A stretch of DNA of 64,000 bases from assembly GCA_976226885.1 (NCBI GenBank), contig OZ320322.1:63736001-63800000 (forward strand), in the 5' to 3' direction. The translations under genes and the position numbers were made by a program. Positions 1 through 11,990 of the stretch are shown piece by piece (the stretch's first letter is position 1; each line of letters opens with the position of its first letter). The notes beneath the pieces are model-generated. The model was not told the DNA's origin, did no database searches, and saw only the letters and a program-made list of their open reading frames with translations. The DNA is from Iphione sp. A-MEVVRFRX5. Taxonomy: Eukaryota.

Positions 1-13
1 GAGTTACGTATAT

Positions 14-670
14 GAGTGGTTGGTGTTGGGTAGTGATGGAGGCGGTGATAGCTATGGGTTTTTTGTTATAGGTAGTGATGGAAGAGGTGATATGTGTGTT
101 TCGTTCATGGTATGGGGTCGTAATGCAGATGATGGGTGTGAGTGGTTGGTGGTGGGTAGTGATGGAGGCGGTGATAGCTATGGGTGTTTTGTTATAGGTA
201 GTGATGGAAGAGGTGATGTGTGTGTTTCGTTCATGGTAGGTGGTGGTAATGCAGATAATGGGTGTGAGTGGTTGGTGGTGGGTAGTGATGGAGGCGGTGA
301 TAGCTATGGGTGTTTTGTTATAGGTAGTGATGGAAGAGGTGATGTGTGTGTTTCGTTCATGGTAGGTGGTGGTAATGCAGATGATGGGTGTGAGTGGTTG
401 GTGGTGGGTAGTGATGGAGGCGGTGATAGCTATGGGTGATTTGTTATAGGTAGTGATGGAAGAGGTGATGTGTGTGTTTCGTTCATGGTATGGGGTCGTA
501 ATGCAGATGATGGGTGTGAGTGGTTGGTGGTGGGTAGTGATGGAGGCGGTGATAGCTATGGGTGTTTTGTTATAGGTAGTGATGGAAGAGGTGATGTGTG
601 TGTTTCGTTCATGGTAGGTGGTGGTAATGCAGATGATGGGTGTGAGTGGTTGGAGGTGGGTAGTGATGGG
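14..670. repeat. Tandem repeat, 126-bp unit, ~5.2 copies
   Basis: GAGTGGTTGG recurs at 14, 140, 266, 392, 518 and 644. It explains ORFs 20..439 and 470..685 (42-aa periodicity). Confidence 0.95.
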
Positions 671-1247
671 ATTGGGATGGTTTGACGTACATAGTGATGG
701 AAAAAGTGATGAAGGTGTAGGTGGTTCATGGTAGGCAGTTACTGAACAGGTGATAGATACGGTTGGTTTGTGGTCGGTAGAGTAATCAAGGAGATTGACA
801 TGGGTGGGTAATGAGAGGTGGGGGTAGGTGACCGGGGGGTTGTGAGGGGGGGGGGCGCACCTCTCCCCTCTTTCTGCAGAATGTAGAGAGCTGTGTGAAG
901 GGTTAGGACCAGCCTGTCACCCTATCAGGAGCTTGCGCAGCAGTTGGGGGCTGGGCTGCCCGCTACCCTGAGCGCATACGTTCTGCGAGCTTGATCTGAG
1001 CACCTGCTGGGCTGGCTACTCAGTAAGAGTCTTCTTCCCCTTGTGAAGTCAGAGAACAGTGGCCCCGTGCCTGTAGTCGCAGGCAGTGGGGGGTGTTTGT
1101 GGCGTGGGACCGAGTGGGCACGGTGCACTCAGGTTGCTCACTGGACCTGTCAATCATCCTGACAATGGGCCACCCATCTCCCCAGACTGAGCTGGGGAGG
1201 AAGACTCTGACCAGGGTTCCTTTTATCAGAGCATTCTTCTTTCACCA

Positions 1248-3084
1248 GTATTACGTGGCAGTGAGGCCCCATGTCTGAGTGTAGGGCAGGTTTCTTTCAC
1301 CAGTATTACATGGCAGTGAGGCCCCATGTCTGAGTGTACCGGTATTACGTGGCAGTGAAGCCCCATGTCTGAGTGTACTGGTATTACGTGGCAGTGAAGC
1401 TCCCTGTCTGACTGTACCGGTATTACATGGCAGTGAGGCACCATGTCTGAGTGTACTGGTATTATGTGGCAGTGAGGCACCATGTCTGAGTGTACTGGTA
1501 TTACGTGGCAGTGAGGCCCCATGTCTGAGTGTACTGGTATTACGTGGCAGTGAGGCCCCATGTCTGAGTGTACCGGTATTACGTGGCAGTGAGGCTTCAC
1601 ATCTGAGTGTACTGGTATTACATGGCAGTGAGGCTCCACGTCTGAGTGTACTGGTATTACGTGGCAGTGAGGCTCCACGTCTGAGTGTACTGGTATTATG
1701 TGGCAGTGAAGCCCCATGTCTGAGTGTAGTGGTATTACGTGGCAGTGAAGCTCCCTGTCTGAGTGTACCGGTATTACATGGCAGTGAGGCTCCACGTCTG
1801 AGTGTACCGGTATTACGTGGCAGTGAGGCTCCACGTCTGAGTGTACCGATATTACATGGCAGTGAGGCCCCATGTCTAAGTGTACCGGTATTACATGGCA
1901 GTGAGGCCCCATGACTGACTGTACCGGTATTACATGGCAGTGAGGCCCCATGTCTGAGTGTACCGGTATTACGTGGCAGTGAGGCCCCATGTCTGAGTGT
2001 ACCGGTATTATGTGGCAGTGAGGCTCCTAGTCTGAGTGTACTGGTATTACGTGGCAGTGAAGCTCCCTGTCTGAGTGTACCTGTATTACGTGGCAGTCAG
2101 GCACCATGTCTGAGTGTACCGGTATTACGTGGCAGTGAGGCTCCACGTCTGAGTGTACCGGTATTACGTGGCAGTGAGGCTCCACGTCTGAGTGTACCGG
2201 TATTACATGGCAGTGAGGCCCCATGTCTAGGTGTACCGGTATTACATGGCAGTGAGGCCCCATGACTGACTGTACCGGTATTACATGGCAGTGAGGCCCC
2301 ATGTCTGACTGTACCAGTATTACATGGCAGTGAGGCCCCATGTCTAGGTGTACCGGTATTACATGGCAGTGAGGCCCCATGACTGACTGTACCAGTATTA
2401 CATGGCAGTGAAGCTCCCTGTCTGAGTGTACCGGTATTACATGGCAGTGAGGCACCATGTCTGAGTATACCAGTATTACATGGCAGTGAGGCCCCATGTC
2501 TGAGTGTACCGGTATTACGTGGCAGTGAGGCCCCATGTCTGAGTGTACTGGTATTACGTGGCAGTGAGGCACCATGTCTGAGTGTAATGGTATTACGTGG
2601 CAGTGAGGCTCCATGTCTGAGTGTACCGGTATTACGTGGCAGTAAGGCACCATGTCTGAGTGTACCGGTATTACGTGGCAGTGAGGCTCCATGTCTGAGT
2701 ATACCAGTATTACATGGCAGTGAGGCCCCATGTCTGAGTGTACCAGTATTACGTGGCAGTGAGGCACCTTGTCTGAGTGTACCGGTATTAAGTGGCAGTG
2801 AGGCCCCATGTCTGAGTATACCGGTATTACGTGGCAGTGAGGCCCCATGTCTGAGTGTACTGGTATTACGTGGCAGTGAGGCCCCATGTCTGAGTGTACC
2901 GGTATTACGTGGCAGTGAGGCTTCACGTCTGAGTGTACTGGTATTACATGGCAGTCAGGCACCCTGTCTGAGTGTACTGGTATTACGTGGCAGTGAGGCC
3001 CCATGTCTGAGTGTACCGGTATTACATGGCAGTGAGGCCCCATGTCTGAGTGTACCGGTATTACGTGGCAGTGAGGCACCCTGT
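1248..3084. repeat. Minisatellite, 39-bp unit (GTATTACGTGGCAGTGAGGCCCCATGTCTGAGTGTACCG), ~47 copies
   Basis: Direct reading. It gives the 13-aa periodic ORFs (MGPHCHVIPVHSD)n. Confidence 0.97.
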
Positions 3085-3984
3085 CCACCTGTAGACAATG
3101 CTTGTTTCATACCAGTGCAGGAGACTGGCAACTCGAGAGTTCAGGCTGCCGGACAAATGAAGTCCAAGCATCTCCAATCTCTTAGACTAGAAACGAACGA
3201 ACGACTGAAGACACGAAATTCTAGATGCAAGCAGTTTCGATTTTGTCCTACTTTTCCCTTCTAATATTTGAAATCACTCAATCCTTTTTCTGCAAATAGC
3301 AAGAACACAAAGCCACCTGGAGGGCGTTATGCGTGGAGATGAAGTGAAACCCCGTTAGGCGGCGCTGCACCGAGGCAGCTACGAACGTGAGTTCTCCTGC
3401 AAACAGCCGGCACGATTAGGGTTTCAACGCTGAGAGTAGGAGACAATGGGCAAGGTCCTCGTCTCTCCTTTTTCACCTTATTGAGTGAGCCGCTGTCTAT
3501 AAATAATAGCTGAAGGAGATTAGCGTGAAGCACGCGACCCTCCGAGGTCCGGGCTGGGAGGGGGAGGGGGGTAGAGGGTCTGTACACTGATTCATGTGGG
3601 CAACGATATCCTGGGCTCTAACGAAGGCTTCACTCTCGTGAAATGTGTATCCTACAAATAACTACCATGGGAACTGTCTTCTTCAGTAGAATCTCTCTCA
3701 TGGTCAACCAAAATGGACAATCAAGGAACTGCCCAAAAGGAACTGCCCCGCAAAGAGGATTTTTTGAAATAGTTCTAAACTATCTACGATGATGATGGTA
3801 GGATGGCACACGGTCCTAGGGAAATAAGTGATGCAGATGATCATTTTGGAGAGTATCTGAATAATATGACCGAGGATACAGGCAGAACAAGATGCGTTGC
3901 TCAGTTTAGCCAGAGGCAACTTAAGAGCTGTGAGATTTGATCCGTCAGATCGCTGTATGATTGATTCTCAGAGGTTTAATATCA

Positions 3985-6399
3985 AGCCCCCATCAGCCGC
4001 TACCCCAACATCACAGTCCTGCCTGCCCCCATCGTCAACTACCCACACATCACAGTCCTCCTCACATCACAACCCTCCCCGCCCCCATCATCCACTACCC
4101 GCACATCACAGTCCTCCTCACATCACAACCCTACCCGCCCCCATCATCCACTACCCACACATCACAGTCCTCCTCACATCACAACCCTCCCAGCCCCCCT
4201 CATCCACTTCCCGCACATCACAGTCCTCCTCACATCACAACCCTACCAGCCCCCATCATCACTACCCACACATCACAGTCCTCCTCACATCACAACCCTG
4301 CCCGCCAGCTTCATCCACTACCCACACGTCACAGTCCTCCTCACATCACAACCCTCCCCGCCAGCTTCATCCATTACTCGCACATCACAGTCCTCCTCAT
4401 ATTACAACCCTACCAGCCCCCATCATCCATTACTCGCACATCACAGTCCTCCTCATATCACAACCCTACCAGCCCCCATCATCCACTACCCGCACATCAC
4501 AGTCCTCCTCACATCACATCCCTACCCGCCCCCATCATCCACTACCCGCACATCACAGTCCTCCTCACATCACAACCCTACCAGCCCCCATCATCCACTA
4601 CCCGCACATCACAGTCCTCCTCACATCACAACCCTACCCACCCCCATCATCCACTACCCACACATCACAGTCCTCCTCACATCACAACCCTCCCAGCCCC
4701 CCTCATCCACTTCCCGCACATCACAGTCCTCCTCACATCACAACCCTACCAGCCCCCATCATCACTACCCACACATCACAGTCCTCCTCATATCACAACC
4801 CTACCAGCCCCCATCATCCACTACCCACACGTCACAGTCCTCCTCACATCACAACCCTGCCCGCCAGCTTCATCCACTACCCGCACATCACAGTCCTCCT
4901 CACATCACAACCCTACCAGCCCCCATCATCCACTACCCACACATCACCCACTACCCGCACATCACAGTCCTCCTCACATCACAACCCTACCAGCCCCTAT
5001 CATCCACTACCCGCACCTCACAGTACTCCTCATATCACAACCCTACCAGCCCCCATCACCCACTACCCGCACATCACAGTCCTCCTCACATCACAACCCT
5101 ACCAGCTCCCATCATCCACTAACCGCACATCACAGTCCTCCTCACATCACAACCCTACCAGCCCCCATCATCCACTACCCGCACATCACAGTCCTCCTCA
5201 CATCACAACCCTCCCCGCCCCCATCATCCACTACCCACACGTCACAGTCCTCCTCACATCACAACCCTACCCGCCCCCATCATCTACTACTCGCACATCA
5301 CAGTCCTCCTCACATCACAACCCTACCCCTACCATCATCCACTACCCACACATCACAGTCCTCCTCACGTCACAACCCTACCAGCCCCCATCATCCACTA
5401 CCCGCACATCACAGTCCTCCTCATATCACAACCCTACCAGCCCCCATCATCACTATCTGCATATCACAGTCCTCCTCATATCACAACCCTCCCGGCCCCC
5501 ATCATCCACTACCCACACGTCACAGTCCTCCTCACATCACAACCCTCCCGGCCCCCATCATCCACTACCCACACGTCACAGTCCTCCTCACATCACAACC
5601 CTCCCCGCCCCCATCATCCACTACCCGCACATCACAGTCCTCCTCACATCACAACCCTCCCCGCCCCCATCATCCACTACCCGCACATCACAGTCCTCCT
5701 CACATCACAACCCTACCAGCCCCGATCATCCACTACCCGCACATCACAGTCCTCCTCACATCACAACCCTACCAGCCCCCATCATCCACTACCCACACGT
5801 CACAGTCCTCCTCACATCACAACCCTCCCCGCCCCCATCATCCACTACCCGCACATCACAGTCCTCCTCACATCACAACCCTACCCCTACCATCATCCAC
5901 TACCCGCACATCACAGTCCTCCTCATATCACAACCCTACCCACCCCCATCATCCACTACCAGCACATCACAGTCCTCCTCACATCACAACCCTACCAGCC
6001 CCCATCGTCAACTACCCACACATCACAGTCCTCCTTACATCACAACCCTACCCCTACCATCATCTACTACCCGCACATCACAGTCCTCCTCATATCACAA
6101 CCCTCCCAGCCCCCCTCATCCACTACCCGCACATCACGGTCCTCCTCACATCACAACCCTACCAGCCCCCATCATCCATTACCCACACATCACAGTCCTC
6201 CTTACATCACAACCCTACCCCTACCATCATCTACTACCCGCACATCACAGTCCTCCTCATATCACAACCCTCCCAGCCCCCCTCATCCACTACCTGCACA
6301 TCACGGTCCTCCTCACATCACAACCCTCCCCGCCCCCATCATCCACTGCCCGCACATCACAGTCCTCCTCATATCACAACCCTACCAGCCCCCATCGTC
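3985..6399. repeat. Minisatellite, 56-bp C/A-rich unit, ~43 copies
   Basis: Unit CCCCCATCATCCACTACCCGCACATCACAGTCCTCCTCACATCACAACCCTACCAG. The 838- and 834-aa ORFs cycle through three frames with a 56-aa period, as expected for a stop-free 56-bp unit. Confidence 0.97.
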
Positions 6400-7620
6400 C
6401 TAAGGCAATTTAATCCTCAGTCGACTACCCAATTTGGGAAGATTTGTGTGGAAACGTGCTGCTAAACACATCCTATAAGTGGACTAAGGTGATCACTGCA
6501 GACACCAGCGAGGAAGGACCTAACAGATGGTAAGTAGGTTGAAAGCGTAGGATACTCTGGTAGGATACTGTGGTAGGCTGCTGAGGGGCTCGGAGCGCCC
6601 TCTTCAGGAGCCACTGGCCAGACGAGAGGAGCTCGGGGTTTCTCTTTCAATCATTAATCATGTCTATTTGTAGTAAGGCCGCCACGCCAGTTTAAAAAAG
6701 GAAATCGTTGGTGTTTTTCGGTCACACTGACATATCAAATATGTTTAATCAGTACGACCTGTAATAAAAGAAGCATGCGTGGGTGTTTTTGTATCTATGA
6801 AATTGCCATCCCCTCTGTTGTGTCTAGTCACCATATCTGTAGAAAGTCGCCATAGTCTGGACAGCAGGTTAGTCCATGCGGAGCCTAAAGGTCACGTGAG
6901 TAACCTTGGGCACTAAACTCTGATTGAATGAACCTTGCATCTGACCTTGTATCTGACCTCGCACCTGACCTTGCCTCCGCTGAGGGAGAGTGGGGGACGA
7001 CATTAGGTTGATAACAGACGGGCGTCTGTATGCAGAATGCGGAGTCTCTGGTGACCTTCAGGCTACCATTGGCCTGATTCCACTGAACATGGCACTGTCA
7101 CTCTTGTATGTCGTAGGAAAGACTAGGAATGTTCAGGTCCGCCGTGAGGGGGCAGCACGTACGGCGGCGCGCGCGGAGGGCGGTCCCACCAAGCACATTT
7201 ACACATCACGTCTTCCTCAAATACAGCAAAAAACGACTGGCCTGACGTGCACATTAACTTGCCCTTCATTTCTAGTGACCTCTATCGGAAGAAACATTAA
7301 CAAGGGGCAGCTCGGTCACGTGACCGCTGTTTGTCTGCTTAAAAGGTCAAGCAAGACGTTCGGCTTGCGCTGCTGTTTCTCTCTCTGTTTCTCTTTATCT
7401 GATATTCTATCCATGTCTTGCTCTTTTCCTCGCTCTTTCCCCATCTGGCTTTTTCCTTTCGTTTCGTTTCCTTCTTATAGTAACCTCTCACTGTCTCTTC
7501 ATCCTTCCCTTTCTCTCATCCTCCATTCCAGCTTCCCTACTGCTTCTAATATGTAAACAGCGGGATTCTGTTCCGAATCAGGCAATACCTTCTACAGTTA
7601 AAATCTTTGTAATCTTTGTA

Positions 7621-8464
7621 AAGTTCACCTACTCATAATGTCTACCTGCTTCTAACATTCACCTACTCGTAACATTCACCTACTCATAACATCCACCTAC
7701 TGGTAACATTCACCTACTGGTAACATTCACCTACTGGTAACATTCACCTACTCATAACGTCCACCTACTGGTAACATTCACCTACTCATAACGTTCACCT
7801 ACTCATAACATTCACCTACTGGTAACATTCACCTACTCGTAACATTCACCTACTCGTAACATTCACCTACTCATAACGTTCACCTACTCGTAACATTCAC
7901 CTACTCATAACGTCCACCTACTGGTAACATCCACCTACTCTTAACATTCACCTACTCGTAACATTCACCTACTCGTAACATCCACCTACTGGTAACATTC
8001 ACCTACTCATAACATTCACCTACTCGTAACATTCACCTACTGGTAACATTCACCTACTCGTAACATTCACCTACTCATAACGTCCACCTACTGGTAACAT
8101 TCACCTACTCATAATGTTCACCTACTCGTTACATTCACCTACTCGTAACATTCACCTACTCGTAACATTCACCTACTACCCTTAATGTTTACCTATGCAA
8201 ACCATTCATCTATCTGTTATTTTCACCTGCTTCAAACATTCACCTACTTATAACATTTACCTACTGGTAATGTTCACCCATAATGTTCATCTACTATTTA
8301 ACATTCACCTACTTGTAACGTCTACCTACTTCTAACATTCACCTACTCATAATGTCCACCTGTTTCTAACATTCACCTACTTATAACATTTACCTACTCT
8401 TAACGTTCACCTACTTGTAACATTCACCTACTCGTAACATTCACCTACTCGTAATGTTCACCTA
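7621..8464. repeat. Minisatellite, 17-bp unit (AACATTCACCTACTCGT), left part
   Basis: Units spaced 17 bp apart (e.g. 7654, 7671). The array is interrupted by a MITE at 8465. Confidence 0.95.
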
Positions 8465-8967
8465 CAGGAGAAACTCACTTTACGACCTTATCACTTTGCG
8501 ACCAAATCGACTATTGCGACCATTTTGGTTCGGAACGAAATTATTTTTAGTACATTTCCTATGTTAGAGGAACTCACTTTGCGACCATATTGCTTTGCAA
8601 CCAAATTCACCCTGCGACCACACCTGCTAGGGTCGTTTTCTGTATATTTTACTATCACTTTGCGACCATTCTGAACTGCGACGTCTCTGATGTTCTCTCA
8701 CCTCGGAGATATCTTATTTTTACTCTTATCTATATGCTTCTCTATTGAACCTTTAATATGCATTATTGAACACTAAACCAATTGATTTCTTTATATCATA
8801 ACATGTATTTTTCTCTATTGTACCTTTAATATGGATGAACAAGGGGAGGGGGCCAAACCCCTCAAATTTTTGTAGAGGGGCAGTCAAATTATTGCTTTGC
8901 GACCATATTCAGAAATACGACCATTTTGTGCCGACCCAAGTGGTGGTCGCAAAGTAAGATCCTACTG
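8465..8967. mobile_element. Non-autonomous Tc1/mariner (pogo/Tigger-like) MITE, 503 bp, TA target-site duplication
   Basis: Left end TA|CAGGAGAAACTCACTTTACGACC; right end read on minus TA|CAGTAGGATCTTACTTTGCGACC (20/25 identity including TA). Removing the element and one TA restores the host unit TTCACC-TA-CTTGTAAC. Many internal CTTTGCGACCA-like motifs. Confidence 0.9.
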
Positions 8968-9130
8968 TACTTGTAACATTCACCTACTCGTAACATTCAC
9001 CTACTTGTAACATTCACCTACTTGTAACATTCACCTGCTCGTAACATTCACCTACTCGTAACATTCACCTACTCGTAACGTTCACCCACGGTTAACATTC
9101 ACCTATTGGTCATGTTCACCTATTCATAAC
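8968..9130. repeat. 17-bp minisatellite, right part (continuation after the MITE)
   Basis: Same AACATTCACCTACTYGT unit resumes in phase after the TA duplication. Confidence 0.93.
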
Positions 9131-9253
9131 TCTATGAGTAAAAGTGCTCACTTCATCTGCTGGCCTTCCTCACCTATCACCATCGTCCTCCTCCTCTCCC
9201 TCCTGCTACTGTTGCAGCCTTGTGTCTCCAGGCAGGCTTCACCAGATCAGGCC

Positions 9254-9806
9254 GTACTGCTCAGGCTGTACCGGCCACCTAGTTTCAAGGCTCATACAAG
9301 TATTGTTTACTTCTCTAATGTTGGGTACGGTGTTATAGGTACCCTCTGCCTCCGGTCTGAGGTGGTGAATCAGCAACACGTTACATGTGATTTCAGTCCC
9401 ACACAGTGTGCACCATCTCCGTGAGACTGCCCCTCTGATTGTACTGCTCAGGCTGGACCAGCCACCTAGTTTAAGGCTCATACAAGTATTGTTTACTTCT
9501 CTAATGTTGGGTAAGGTGTTGTAGGTACCCTCTGCCTACGGTCTGAGGCTGTGAATCAGCAACATGTTACATATGATTTCAGTCCCACACAGTGTGCACC
9601 ACCTCCGTGACACTGCCCCTCTGATTGTACTGCTCAGGCTGTACCAGCCACCTAGTTTCAAGGCTCATACATATATTGTTTACTTCTCTAATGTTGGGTA
9701 AGGTGTTGTAGGTACCCTCTGTCTCCGGTCTGAGGCGGTGAATCAGCTACACATTACATTTCAGGCCCACATGGTGTGCACCGTCTCTGTGACACTGCCC
9801 CTCTGA
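9254..9806. repeat. Tandem repeat, ~187-bp unit, ~3 copies
   Basis: GTACTGCTCAGGCTG at 9254, 9441 and 9627. Confidence 0.92.
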
Positions 9807-10658
9807 TGACCTGCTGCTGGAGAATGGGTTCACGATTTGCTGAGTGCAGTGTATGCTGTGAATGGGGCGTTCCAGTCAGACTCGCTCCAGTCCTCCTGGA
9901 TTAGGCACTGTTCATCTATGACCAGGTTATTCCATTCTGCGTCTGCACACGGGTGTGGTTTTTTATCCAGCCTGCTCTAACCACTATAGGCATTCACATA
10001 CATACCGATTTTTCTGTGTCCGCACACGGGTGTGGATTTTTATCCATGGAACATGTAAAAAATCTAAACTCGGATGCAGATTCCATAGAAGCCAATGGTA
10101 AAATACATCTGGTGACCATCAGGAAGTAATTACAATACTCTCTGCAGGGGGTTTTGTCTGCACCTGTGTATGGGGCTGGATTTTTCATCCGGTTATATGT
10201 GAATGGCACCTTCAATACCATCTATCTATCAGCCTGCATTCCCTAACCCGTATTTTCCACATTTCATGTCCCATCAGTACATTTCTCCAGCTGCTCCACG
10301 AGTAACATCGCAGTCAGGGGAACACCCTACATTCACCTCCACTGCAGGGGAAAGATACAAGCTGTTCCTCATATAGCCCACATCTTGTCATATTAAGTGT
10401 ATGAATATCTCACTATGATAGGCATGAAGTAGAAAAAGGTAAAGATCAGATATGATAAGCATGAAATATGATATATGAAATATGAAATATGATATAGGAT
10501 AAGCATGCAATATATTTGATGTGGAAATTGGCATAAATGACCACCTTGGTTTTTGGCTCTGGTTTCTCGGGGAGTTATTCTGTCTGATTACAACGTCATA
10601 AAATGAATTATGTAGAATGTGTAATATATGTCATACCAAATATTGATTATATATGACT

Positions 10659-10944
10659 GTCCATGGTCATTTATGATTTGTCCTTTTCGGGGTGACCTCT
10701 ATCTGTAAATATGACATCTGTCTTATATGTGGTTCATGAATATTTGCAGTCATAAATACCGTGTGACAAGTTCAGATGACAGATCCTGTTATAAAAAAAT
10801 ACTAGTCAAAAAAACCAACATACTCAGACATAATAACTGAGCCAGTGGGACATAAATGAACAACATAAAGGGTCATATAAGACAGAAATCATATTTACAG
10901 ACACAGATCACCCCGAAAAATACAGGTCATAAATGACCATGGAC
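10659..10944. repeat. Imperfect inverted repeat (~71-bp arms, 144-bp spacer); possible MITE or foldback relic
   Basis: 10659-10729 GTCCATGGTCATTTATGA...CTGTCTTATATG matches the reverse complement of 10874-10944 with scattered mismatches. Confidence 0.85.
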
Positions 10945-11606
10945 GGTCCCATACATTGTCTGCCACTAAGACCGACAGTCACTCCGATTGTCATTCCAAG
11001 CTAGTACCCCCCATACCATAACATTACGTCAGGTCTGAATTAGTCTGACCTTAAATTGTAACGCAGCAGTGTAATAGTTGAATAAATAAAACATTATCAA
11101 AGGAAGGTATGTTTATTGTGAAGAAATACATGCTAAATGCCGTGACAGCTGGTCTACAATTAGAACCGAAGAACAAGGTTGTTAGCTGGAGCCTTGTAGC
11201 CTGAGTATGTTTTGAAGTAACAGGGGTCAAACAAGGTACATGAGAACCAAGATGTTGAAAGACCAGAGAGGGTGAATGTAGCTAGATTGATAAGTCGGAG
11301 GTTAAAATTTAAAATGACCCAAGTCAGAGTTGAACCCATTAAGTTGTAGTGACATTGCGTGACTCTAGCACTAAAGTCATTTGAAAGTATTCTCAAAACC
11401 ACCTTTTGTGAGTCAGATATCAATTACCTTCCACATGTATGAGCTATGATATAAAGACCAGTGAAACCGCATCATTGAGTAGTTCCATGTTGCACTTTGT
11501 TACAACATAATTCCCACTAATTCCCAGCCAAATTGGTGTTAGGACGTTTCAAATCTAACAATATTTCAATAGAAGAAAGAACATATTGTGTATTGCCTAC
11601 AATACC

Positions 11607-11990
11607 AGTACATGACCTAATTCTCTCTACACTACTAGTATGTGACCTAATTCTCTCTACACTACTAGTACATGACGTAATTCTCTCTACACTACTAGTA
11701 TGTGACCTAATTCTCTCTACACTACTAGTATGTGACCTAATTCTCTCTACACTACTAGTATGGGACCTAATTCTCTCTACACTTCTAGTATGGGACCTAA
11801 TTCTCTCTACACTTCTAGTATGTGACCTAATTCTCTCTACACTTCTAGTATATGACCAAATCCCTCCCTATACTTCTAGGATATGACCTGGTTCTGCCTA
11901 TACACTACCAGTACATGACCTAATTCTGTCTCTATACTACTAGTATATGGCCCTATTCTCGCTACACTACTAATATATGGGCAATTCCCT
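11607..11990. repeat. Minisatellite, 30-bp unit (GACCTAATTCTCTCTACACTACTAGTATGT), ~12 copies, degenerating 3'
   Basis: Direct reading; 10-aa periodic ORF (CDLILSTLLV)n. Diverged copies continue around 12265-12420. Confidence 0.92.

Noticed and set aside
1226-3264. His/Cys-rich periodic ORFs resembling metal-binding proteins
   Set aside because: Translations of the 39-bp minisatellite, open on both strands and broken by sporadic stops.
3897-6465. 838- and 834-aa ORFs
   Set aside because: Products of a stop-free 56-bp tandem unit read through all three frames; no domain content.
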